Below, in pieces: positions 53,463-64,000 of a stretch of DNA of 64,000 bases. Source of the stretch: Eledone cirrhosa (taxonomy: Eukaryota); assembly GCA_964016885.1 (NCBI GenBank), contig OZ024760.1, forward strand, positions 5,580,001 through 5,644,000. The letters run 5' to 3'. The notes under the pieces were generated by a model. That model saw only the letters and a program-made list of their open reading frames with translations. It was not told where the DNA came from and did not search any database. A program made the position numbers and the translations under genes. Positions within the stretch are counted from its first letter, which is position 1. Each line of letters opens with the position of its first letter.

Positions 53463-53877
53463 AATACAAATACAAACAGCTTAAAATAATCACTTCGTAG
53501 TCGCTCGACCTGCTAAAAATAGCAGCCAAGACAAATATGGAGCTAAACCCAAACTTAAAGTGATCACTGCGTAGTCGCTCGACCTGCTAAAAATAGCAGC
53601 CAATTGTCCAACAAATCATATTGTCTTACCTACTATTGTATTAGAAAATAATCATATGTGGTATAATATGTGAAGTTGGGAAGAGTTGGACATTATGCCT
53701 AGGTAGATTGCGACGGCATGGTTGCGGCCTGAAACATATTTGATTATAGGGTCCAAGCTAATTAAGGCTGACCTGGGGCTAAACGATCACAACTACAAGA
53801 ACAACATCAGCAATAGCCGCAATAATAAGCCTACAGATCTTATATTTTAGAAATCAGCTGATATTTTGAAATTAATG

Positions 53878-53918
<41 letters not shown>

Positions 53919-53962
53919 TGAAAAAGAACAAAGGAACTATTATGACATTATAACAAGTTTAT

Positions 53963-54009
53963 TGCCGACAGCCGTTTCGTCCGACCCCATGGTGGGACTT
54001 ATCAAGGCA
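53963..54009 (-). ncRNA. Type I hammerhead motif with U3:A8 variant core
   Basis: Minus strand TGCC-TTGATAA-GTCC...GGAC-GAAA-CGGCTG-TC-GGCA; all three stems pair; GUC triplet. Confidence 0.7.
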
Positions 54010-54605
54010 TATAACATGTGATTGCAAGATCATTGTTTACATCAACGTATCACTCAAGGCTAGCAGTTTGAAATTGTTGTATACATCAGCAACTCCGCTT
54101 GTATAGTTGGGGGTCTATATTCTAAGGGGGGGGGGGGGGGGGGCTCTTTTATATTAGTTGTCGGGGTCAGGGATTGAAGTTTAAAAATTAGACAAAAATA
54201 TATAATTTACGCATCAACATTAAACTAAAAGACTTAGGGTCCCGTAGAAGCACCTTAGAAAATCCCTCAATGAGTGCATAAAGCTTAGGGCTCCAATAAA
54301 CCTACTAGACTAGAAGGTAAGTCAGACGTGATCATCGCGATTCACATACGACCTACCATACATCTTACTTATATATATATATATATGCAAAAGTTCTATT
54401 TAAAGTTGTTGGGATACAAGTAAATATTTTTATAACTTATATAAAGCACTCGACAAATTTTTGGAGTAGATATACGATATTAATAAATGGAAACTATATT
54501 TATAAAACCATATTTATAAAACCATATCTATCCAGACAGCCTCCAAAAGTAATGGTTGTATTTTAAAGGGTACGTCAAACCTATTTGTAAAACTGTTATA
54601 TATTG

Positions 54606-54670
54606 TATTTTGTCTGATGAAGGCATACCATAATTTAATGTGGTATCCCTGAAATATATATAATGAAATA
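54606..54670 (+). ncRNA. Type I hammerhead motif
   Basis: tattttgt-CTGATGA(54614-54620)-AGGcATACCA/TGGTATcCCT-GAAA(54651-54654)-TATATA-TA-atgaaata. Confidence 0.75.
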
Positions 54671-54708
54671 AATATGGTTTTATAAATATAGTTTCCATTT
54701 ATTAATAT

Positions 54709-54760
<52 letters not shown>

Positions 54761-55174
54761 TATTGAAGTTTCCGTTGAAAATTGAAAAAGTCATAGGAGT
54801 GAAGAGTGCTCTGTGTAAGTTACAGAGCTAAATTTAATGTATAATAAACAATATATAATTACTTCATTACCAGAGGTTTCCCGAATAAGACGAATAGAAC
54901 GAACGAATGCGGACGTTTCTTGTATTCGTCTTATTCGGGAAACCTCTGGTAATGAGGTAAATTATATTGTATTGTTTATTATATATATAAATGAAAGGTA
55001 TAGAAATTGTTTTAGCGAGAAGCTAACAGTATTCCATAACATATATATATATATACACGGGTGTGTACGATTATGTATAGAAGATTATATTAATAAAAGG
55101 AATTCCAACTTTGTCTGATTTACTCGTTTTATTTACAATCCTTTAAAATTATAATATTATAATAAAAGACAATA

Positions 55175-55213
55175 TGAACCTGAAGATTGCGAAAGCATGA
55201 AAGTACTTGTTCA
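55175..55213 (+). ncRNA. Minimal type I hammerhead motif (39 nt)
   Basis: TGAAC-CTGAAGA-tTGC GAAA GCAt-GAAA-GTAC-TT-GTTCA; palindromic AAGTACTT stem III. Confidence 0.75.
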
Positions 55214-55307
55214 ATTAACACTTAACATTTAATATTCTACCATACTATTTCATTATAATTTTAAAAGATTGTAAATAAAACGAGTAAATCAGACAAAGTT
55301 GGAATTC

Positions 55308-55342
<35 letters not shown>

Positions 55343-55993
55343 TTATTTATTTGCCACAAGGGCGTACAAAAATGGGACATTACAAGACGTGACGGCGAAA
55401 GAATATATTGTAATGTTATTTATGTATATATTTAAAACATATTTGTTATGTTATTCTACCGTAAATTTATTCACATGCTCTGTTTATATTTTCACTGTCA
55501 AAGAATTGCAAACAATTTGTAATGTTATTTATACAACTGTGAATAATAAACTATATATAAAATAAAATAACAATCGAAATCCCCAATAGGGAGGAACAGT
55601 ACACCACGTAGATAGAACCCTCAACACCAGGAGCACGTTTTGTAGGTGTTCCTGTCTTCCTCAACCTACAGGTTTATATACAGAGAAGGACCATTCACTC
55701 GGGCCATTTCCGTCACGTTCATCCACCTTTCAGCGAATTTACAGAGGTGTACCACCTCTCTCTCTCCACTCTCACCTTCCTTCTGAAGTGGCATTTAAAG
55801 AAGATAGTGAGTTGTTGTCTATATATATATATAACGTGGTGTCCTTGAAATATGTATAATAAAATAAATATGGTTTTATAAATATAGTTTCCATTTGTTA
55901 ATATCGTATGTTTACTCCAAATACTTGTTGAGTGCTTTATATCAGTTATAAAAATATTTGCTTGTTGTATCTCAACAATTTAAATAGAACTTT

Positions 55994-56058
<65 letters not shown>

Positions 56059-56726
56059 CGAAGGAAATGTGGTAAGGAACCAGGCGGACCATAACGCACC
56101 AAAGTACTCAATACTTAGGGTAGTAGAGTGGGTAATAGGAACGAGTAGGACCCCGACGGCTGAGCTCAAGCCATTTCGACGGCTAATTCTGGACTGAACG
56201 GCTAATTCTGGACTCAGTCCAGAATTAGCCCTCGAAACGGCTTGAGCTCTGCCGTCGGGGTCCTACTCGTTCCTATATATATAGAGAGAGAGAGACAGAG
56301 AGAGAAAGAGTAAAATATTTTTCACAGATAGACGAACGAAGAGGAAGTGGATTAAAAGTAAACAAGAAAAACGAAAATGTTCAAATATCCCAGATGAAAT
56401 TAGCCGGAATGCCTTTATATATAAAGGCACCGTTGAATAGGTGACGATCGTTTACCGACAGCAGTTTCTAATCGGCCCGATTGTTTACAAACGTATCGAA
56501 CGTTACTATTAATGTTCGATATAACCCATATGTATATATATATGTGTATGTATATATATATATATATATATATATAACGAGGAACCAGATGGATCATAAC
56601 GCACCAAAGTACTCAATACTTAGGGTAGTAGAGTGGGTAATAGGAACAAGTATGACCCCGACGGTGTGTGTACGTGTGCATACTTACATTTATATATCAG
56701 CTGTGCTAGGGCGAGAAACAAAATTC

Positions 56727-56779
<53 letters not shown>

Positions 56780-57085
56780 GACATTTGTTTATTTTTAATG
56801 GACTAATATCGATTGATTTTCGATATAACATCAATGTCCACTCTTACTGTGCAATATCTGAAACTTGTTAGCCATTAAATATATACATGTATTCATAAAT
56901 CTTCGTTGTTCTCTCCAGCATTTTAAATATATATATATATATGTGTGTGTGCGTTGGATGCCAAAATTTCTATAAATTTGGTGGCCTACTGATGAGTTCG
57001 GTTAGGGGTGTGTTTATATTTACTATATATATATATATATTATTCAGAATATTAATAAATGAAAACATTCACATAATCAAAATAT

Positions 57086-57153
57086 ATGTTTTATTATATA
57101 TATTTCGAAGGTACTGTGCTGTTTTTTCAGTACGTCCTCGTCAGATAAAATAT
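57086..57153 (-). ncRNA. Type I hammerhead motif
   Basis: Minus strand tattttat-CTGACGA-GGAcGTACTG/CAGTACcTTC-GAAA-TATATA-TA-ataaaaca. Confidence 0.75.
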
Positions 57154-57461
57154 ATGATTTGATGTATGACATACCTCAACGGTCTTGATGGTTTAATTCC
57201 AGTATTGGCAGTACTGAAAAAACAGCACAGTACCTTCGAAATGTATATAATAAAACATATATTTTGATTATGTGAATGTCTTCATTTATTAATATTCTGA
57301 ATAATATTAATAACTCCAGAAAACTTTCACTGCGGAGTGCTTTTAATCTATTGTAAAGCTATATTCATTGAGTAATCAATTAACCATATTAATCTTTGGT
57401 TATATATATATATATATATACAATATTAAATAAATGGAAACTATATTTATAAAACCATATT

Positions 57462-57527
57462 TATTTCATTATATATATTTCGGGGATATCATATTAACAA
57501 TATGCTATGCCTTCCTCAGACAAAATA
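57462..57527 (-). ncRNA. Type I hammerhead motif
   Basis: Minus strand tattttgt-CTGAGGA-aggcatagcatatt/aatatgatatcccc-GAAA-TATATA-TA-atgaaata; same family as 54606-54670. Confidence 0.7.
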
Positions 57528-57971
57528 CAATATTGTTAATATGATATCCCCGAAATATATATAATGAAATAAATATGGTTTTATAAATATAGTTTCCATT
57601 TATTTAATATTGTAAATATACTCCAAATATTTGTCGAGTGCTTTTATATCAGTTATAAATATTTACTAGTTGTAACCCAACAATTTTAAATATAACTTTC
57701 CATATATATAAATATATATATATATAGAAATTATATTTGTTTGGCAGGTGATCTGAGACGGGGGGGGGGGGGGTCAAAACAATTATATTGTGAAAGATTC
57801 GTGTTCGTCATTTAACATACAAACAAACAAACAAACTGTTAAATTCACTTTATATTTGTAAACAATTTGTAATATTCATTTATACAACTGTGAATAAAGT
57901 ACATTATCATAAAGGTGTTGCAGTGGACGAAAATATTGACAGCTACAAAATAACTTATTACGTGAAGTTTT

Positions 57972-58118
57972 AATCACAATTAATACTTAAGTTTAAATCA
58001 CAATTAATACTTAAGTTTCAATCACAATTAATACTTAAGTTTAAATCACAATTAATACTTAAGTTTAAATCACAATTAATACTTAAGTTTCAATCACAAT
58101 TAATACTTAAATTTTAAT
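57972..58118. repeat. 23-bp tandem repeat x6 (aatcacaattaatacttaagttt)
   Basis: Direct reading. Confidence 0.9.
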
Positions 58119-58499
58119 CGTATTTGTAATAAGTCACGTAATGTGAAGTTAGCAAGTTCCATTTTTTTTAAAAATATTTTTCTGGTATTTTTTCAAAGGT
58201 TAAAAAATAATTCTTCCACGGTGAAATTGTTTACTGCTTAAAACAAAACAAACAAAAATAATGATGATTATATCATCTAAAATTCAAAAACAAAGGTATT
58301 CAAACCTTTTTTGGTGGTGTCATGTAAATACCGTCCAGTTTGTTGTGAGAAAATTGTCTTTAAATTTCGTCCACGTTGGACGAGAGAACAATTTAAACAT
58401 CTTAAACCGAGAAGACCAAATGGCTGGGCCATTTCAATTAAAGGGGTTACTGCTTGTTCTCTCTTTCTCTTTCTCACTCTAATTAACACTAACTTATTG

Positions 58500-59345
58500 C
58501 TCTGTGTTTCTATATCTATCTTTCTCTCTCTCTTCCGTTTCCCTCTCTGTATTTCTATATCTATCTTTCTCTCTCTCTCTTCCGTTTCGCCCTCTCTAGT
58601 TCTATATCTATCTTTCTCTCTCTCTTCCGTTTCCCCCTCTCTAGTTCTATATCTATCTTTCTCTCTCTCTTCCGTTTCCCCCTCTCTAGTTCTATATCTA
58701 TCTTTCTCTCTCTCTTCCGTTTCCCCCTCTCTAGTTCTATATCTATCTTTCTCTCTCTCTTCCGTTTCCCCCTCTGTGTTTCTATATCTATCTTTCTCTC
58801 TCTCTTCCGTTTCCCCCTCTGTATTTCTATATCTATCTTTCTCTCTCTCTTCCGTTTCCCCCTCTCTTGTTCTATATCTATCTTTCTCTCTCTCTTCCGT
58901 TTCCTTCTCTGTATTTCTATATCTATCTTTCTCTCTCTCTTCCGTTTCCTTCTCTGTATTTCTATATCTATCTTTCTCTCTCTCTTCCGTTTCCCCCTCT
59001 GTGTTTATATATCTATCTTTCTCTCTCTCTTCCGTTTCCCCCTCTGTGTTTATATATCTATCTTTCTCTCTCTCTTCCGTTTCCCTCTCTGTGTTTATAT
59101 ATCTATCTTTCTCTCTCTCTTCCGTTTCCCTCTCTGTATTTCTATATCTATCTTTCTCTCTCTCTCTTCCGTTTCCCCCTCTCTAGTTTTATATCTATCT
59201 TTCTCTCTCTCTTCCGTTTCCCTCTTTGTATTTCTATATCTATCTTTCTCTCTCTCTTCCGTTTCCCTCTCTGTATTTCTATATCTATCTTTCTCTCTCT
59301 CTTCCGTTTCCCTCTCTGTATTTCTATATCTATCTTTATTTCTCT
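58500..59345. repeat. ~45-bp pyrimidine-rich tandem repeat, ~18 copies
   Basis: tctatatctatctttctctctctcttccgtttcccc unit. Confidence 0.92.
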
Positions 59346-59634
59346 CTCGCTATATATTATTGTATGTGTGTGTATGCGTGTGTCACTCTCGCTCTATCAC
59401 TATATTTCTCTCTCTCTCTTTTTACTCAGTCTATCGTCATGCCTGTCTCTCTTGGTCTTTGCTTTTACTCTTTCTATGTGCTTCACACTCGTCTTTTACC
59501 CCTCCCCCTCCTACATTTTTTCTTTCCTTTCTTATCTAGCGTTCACTCTTTCTTAACGGAAGTTACCGAACCAATTTCCGTCGATTCTCGTCAGTTATTC
59601 AGAGTCTGCTCACAAAACTCAACATACTGTTTCT

Positions 59635-60255
59635 TACTCTTTTACTCTGTGGCCATGCTGGGGCACTGGTTTCTTGTATTCTTTTACTGGTTTCAGACAT
59701 TAGACTATGGCCATGCTGGGGCACCACATTATCTTACTCTTTTACTGGGTTCAGTCATTAGACTGGTCATGCTGGGGCACTACATCTTAGTCTTTTACTG
59801 GTTGTTTTGGTTCCCCGATAAAAAGCACCCACTCCACACTTTAAAGTGGTTGTTTTGGTGTTACGATAAAAAGCGCCCAGTTAGACTATGGCCATGCTGA
59901 GGCACCACCTTATTTTACTATTTTACTGGTTTCAGACATTAGACTATGGCCATGCTGGGGCATTGCCTTCTTTTACTATTTTACTGGTTTCATACATTAG
60001 ACTGTGGCCATGCTGGGGCAACACCTTCTTTTACTATTTTACTGGTTTCATACATTAGACTGTGGCCATGTTGGGGCACCACCTTCTTTTACTATTTTAC
60101 TGGTTTCAGACATTAGACTGGCCATGCTGGGGCACCACGACCTTTTACTATTTTACTGGACTGGTTTCAGACTGTGGCCATGCTGGGGCACCATCTTTTA
60201 TTTTTTATTACTGTTTTCAGTCATTAGACTGTGGCCATGCTGGGGCACCGCCTTT
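59635..60255. repeat. ~58-bp tandem repeat (ttttactggtttcagacattagactgtggccatgctggggcacc), probably an amplified SINE end
   Basis: About 9 copies; single related copies at ~16615-16660 and ~38910-38960. Confidence 0.85.
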
Positions 60256-60807
60256 TATTTTATTTTATTATTTTTCATCGCTTCATGCCACAGAAACCTG
60301 TATAAGCACCAGCCTGATGAGCCTCCGGGCTTGATACAAACTTTAGACTTGTGATGGACTGGTGTCCTTTTCAGGAGGGATTCTTCTACTCTCAGTCGCT
60401 TCACGTCACTGAAACCGGGATAATAAGCCTCCGGACTCGAGACAGACGTTAGACGCCAATAGAGGTGAAAGGTAACGATATCAATAGAGGCGGGATTTGA
60501 ACTCGGAATGTAAAGGGAGATAACTACATACCATGATATATCTATAATTGACGTTCTGAACATTCCTGCTGGGAACTTGACCTCAAAGAAAAACTACCAA
60601 GAGAGGTTCTACATAGTCACTAAAGCAGCTAGAAATAACAGCTAAATCTCCTTGAAATCACATTGTACTGTGTTGGAAAAGGAGGAGAGAGAGAGAGAGG
60701 GGGGGGAGACTGTAGACACTAGATGTATGGTTGAAAAGACTAAGGGGACATGGCTAGTTAGATTTTTTGTTTGTGGTACTGTCAATTTACCACCACCACT
60801 ACCACCA

Positions 60808-61075
60808 GTCTTCTTTTTCTTCGCCCACTTATTCCTGAGATGGTCGTGGAGGCAGAGTCCTCAAACACTCGGTCCAGTAGGTCCTGTCAGAAGCAACCGT
60901 CTCTAACTGATCCGGCTGGATCCCCAAGCGTGACCTATCATGCTCTGGGGGTCTCCTACCTGTTGGACATTCTAACCACATGCCCATCGTATCGGAGCTG
61001 TGATCTCTCAATTCGGAGAAGCAGCGACTCAACCTAGAGTGACACTCTGATCTCCGAACTATGCTTTGCTGTATT
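60808..61075 (-). mobile_element. RTE/Rex3-like LINE 3' relic
   Basis: Reverse complement of the 32540-32865 sequence. Confidence 0.7.
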
Positions 61076-61326
61076 CCTTGTTCAACCATCACAACCATTT
61101 GAACAATATAATATACTATATGAGTACAGGCGGTGAATTGACAGAGGTTAGGACGTCAGATAGAATGCTGTGTTCAAACTTGGAGAGGTAATGGGCTCCG
61201 ACAAGCTTAAATTACCGTACTCACACTCCAAAACACGCTGTGTATCGCTACGATACCCTAACAACATCATCAGGAGATTTGAGTCCATATAACCATCCAT
61301 CCATACATACTATATAGCTAACAAGA

Positions 61327-61358
<32 letters not shown>

Positions 61359-61528
61359 CGGCAACACTCATCTTTTTCCATTTCTCCGAGGGTTATAAAC
61401 CCCACTATCAGGCTAGAATTTCTTTAGTCTAAAATACGGTGAAAGCTTATAATTTCTAATTTCTAATTTCAAACTCGCGCACCGTTTCAAAAACATACTT
61501 ACATGTTTACGTTTATAATTTGCTTGTT

Positions 61529-61560
<32 letters not shown>

Positions 61561-61869
61561 CACACAAGTGGAAGCTTAGTAAAATTAAAGCTTTGGCTGT
61601 GGCCAAGCAAAGTCGACCTACAAAAGGAATGAGTTAAGAAAGCACTCAATAAGGGTAGAGTAATAACATACGTTTAAATAGCTTGACAAATTGAACATTG
61701 CGGTAGGCAAAACCCAACCACACAATACCAAAGTAACGAACGAACTAGTCAGGTTAAATATATATATCTTTATCTGGCAGGGGAGATAACTCATATTTGA
61801 CTAAATAAAGCCCAACTGTCAAACCTGTCATTTGGTGGTCTTTGTGCGACGATAAAAAAAAAAAAAAAC

Positions 61870-62400
61870 ACCCACTCCGCGCTTTAAAGTGGTTGTTTTT
61901 GGTGCCTCGATAAAAAGCACCCAGTTCACACTGTAAAGTGGTTGCTTTGGTTCCACGATAAAGAGCACCCACTCCACGCTTTAAAGTGGTTGTTTTGGTG
62001 CCTCGATAAAAAGCACCCAGTTCACACTGTAAAGTGGTTGCTTTGGTTCCACGATAAAGGGCACCCACTCCACGCTTTAAAGTGGTTGTTTTTGGTGCCT
62101 CGATAAAAAGCACCCAGTTCACACTGTAAAGTGGTTGCTTTGGTTCCACGATAAAGAGCACCCACTCCACGCTTTAAAGTGGTTGTTTTTGGTGCCTCGA
62201 TAAAAAGCACCCAGTTCACACTGTAAAGTGGTTGCTTTGGTTCCACGATAAAGAGCACCCACTCCACGCTTTAAAGTGGTTGTTTTGGTGCCTCGATAAA
62301 AAGCGCCCAGTTCACACTGTAAAATGGTTGCTTTGGTTCCACGATAAAGAGCACCCACTCCACGCTTTAAAGTGGTTGTTTTGGTGTTACGATAAAAAGC
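61870..62400. repeat. ~91-bp dimeric tandem repeat derived from the RTE 3' UTR 45-bp unit
   Basis: Alternating cacccactccacgctttaaagtggttg and cacccagttcacactgtaaagtggttg units. Confidence 0.88.
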
Positions 62401-62957
62401 TGTATCGGCTTTTGCCTTTCCCTTCTACAACATCGGTGGCGTGGAGAGGGGAGCCTGGTCTGCAGGGGCGATTGCTGGTCTTCCGCAAACAACTTTGCCC
62501 GGAGTTGTGCCTCGGAGGGGAACTTTCTGGGTGCAAATCCCATGGTCATTTGTGACCGAAGGAGGTCTTTACCCTGATTTATAAATGGGGGGAATACAAC
62601 CATTTTTTAAGTACTTAAGAACTCAAAAGGACTGGTACTGGTCCTTTCCTACCTGACTAAGCTACACAAACATATATTAACTTTCACGATGAGGATATTA
62701 ACCCAGACATAACTAAACGTTAAACTATGCAGCCATATCTCTCTCTTCTTCAGTATTAACTTTGAACTTGCTTCCCCTCTTTATCTATCTATCTATATAT
62801 ATATATACGTACACACACATATATATATATATATATATACGTTTGTGTATATATACATGTTTGTGTATATATATATACAGACACACACGCACATACATAT
62901 GTATACATGTGTGTGTATGTATATATATACACACACACACGTATACATGTGTGTGTG

Positions 62958-62994
<37 letters not shown>

Positions 62995-63129
62995 TCATAC
63001 ATATGTATACATGTGTGTGTGTATATATATATATAAACATACACAAACATGTATATGTATGTGTACATGTTACTTTGAACTTTCCAGATGATCTTTCAAA
63101 GGAAAGGAAGAACATGGCCGGCCTCTGTG

Positions 63130-64000
63130 TTTGTGGTGTGTATGTATGTATGTATGTGGTGTGTATGTGGTGTGTGTGTGTATGTATGTGGTGTGTATGT
63201 GTGTATGTGGTGTGTGTGTATGTATGATATAGTGGTGTGGTATGATTTTAGTATCCATGTGTGATGTGATGTAGTGTGTATGATGTGGAGTAGTATGTGA
63301 ATATGGTGTAGTGGTGTGGTATGTATATGTGTGTGTGTGTAGTGTATATATGGTGTAGTGGTGTGGTATGTATGTGTGTAGTGTAGTATGTGAATATGGT
63401 GTAGTGGTGTGGTATGTATATGTGTGTGTGTGTAGTGTATATATGGTGTAGTGGTGTGGTATGTATGTGTGTAGTGTAGTATGTGAATATGGTGTAGTGG
63501 TGTGGTATGTATGTGTGTGTGTGTGTAGTGTATATATGGTGTAGTGGTGTGGTATGTATATGTGTGTGTTTTGTGTATATATGTTGTAGTGGTGTGGTAT
63601 GTATGTGTAGTGTAGTATAGTATGTGAATATGGTGTAGTGGTGTGGTATGTATGTGTGTGTAGTGTAGTATGTATATATGGTGTAGTGGTGTGGTGTGTA
63701 GTGTAGTATGTATATATGGTGTAGTGGTGTGGTATGTATGTGTGTGTAGTGTAGTATGTGAATATGGTGTAGTGGTGTGGTATGTATATGTGTGTATGTT
63801 TTGTGTATATATGGTGTAGTGGTGTGGTATGTATGTGTGTGTAGTGTAGTATGTGAATATGGTGTAGTGGTGTGGTATGTGTGTGTGTAGTGTGGTATGT
63901 ATGTGTGTGTAGTGTAGTATGTGAATATGGTGTAGTGGTGTATGTATATGTGTGTGTGTTTTGTGTATATATGGTGTAGTGGTGTGGTATGTATGTGTGT
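63130..64000. repeat. Compound GT-rich minisatellite (atggtgtagtggtgtggtatgt)
   Basis: Direct reading. Confidence 0.9.

Noticed and set aside
56452-56485. Minus-strand stem II-GAAA-CTGCTG-TC-GGTAA
   Set aside because: Only the 3' half of a hammerhead; counted as a relic, not listed as a ribozyme.
56985-57015. CTGATGA at ~56989
   Set aside because: No downstream GAAA/stem III; at most a truncated relic.
58311-59900. ORFs of 291, 229 and 224 aa
   Set aside because: Translation of a 45-bp pyrimidine tandem repeat.
60290-60340. CTGATGA-GCC-TCCG-GGC as a hammerhead
   Set aside because: No GAAA after stem II and no convincing stem I/III; context resembles a SINE tail.

Overview
Repeat-rich, AT-rich animal genomic DNA. 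It is very probably a cephalopod (Octopus-type CORE/tRNA SINEs, RTE and Dong/R4 LINE relics, dense microsatellites); this is inferred from repeat content. Two intron-containing genes lie tail-to-tail. (1) On +, the 3' ten coding exons of a cytohesin/ARNO/GRP1-family Arf-GEF (Sec7+PH, 8884-34688); its 5' exons lie upstream of the window. (2) On -, a 7-exon crotonase/enoyl-CoA hydratase-superfamily gene (53096-44963, about 283 aa). A 5'-truncated RTE LINE with an uninterrupted RT ORF sits in a cytohesin intron (11655-14527, -). Most ORF-track entries are microsatellite artefacts. The most unusual signal is a dense population of short non-coding elements inserted in (TA)n tracts that carry type I hammerhead-ribozyme motifs (CUGANGA...GAAA...NUH with palindromic stem III). 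There are about 8 near-complete motifs, including a U3:A8 compensatory variant, plus several fold-back palindromes centred on stem II. This fits Penelope-like pLTR or retrozyme relics; four motifs are sense-oriented in cytohesin introns and about 10 elements cluster upstream of the hydratase gene. A second theme is minisatellites built from splice signals: a 54-bp array of the hydratase exon-2 acceptor junction, and a 25-bp GGTGAGTCACC (5' splice site/AP-1) array behind a cytohesin donor.
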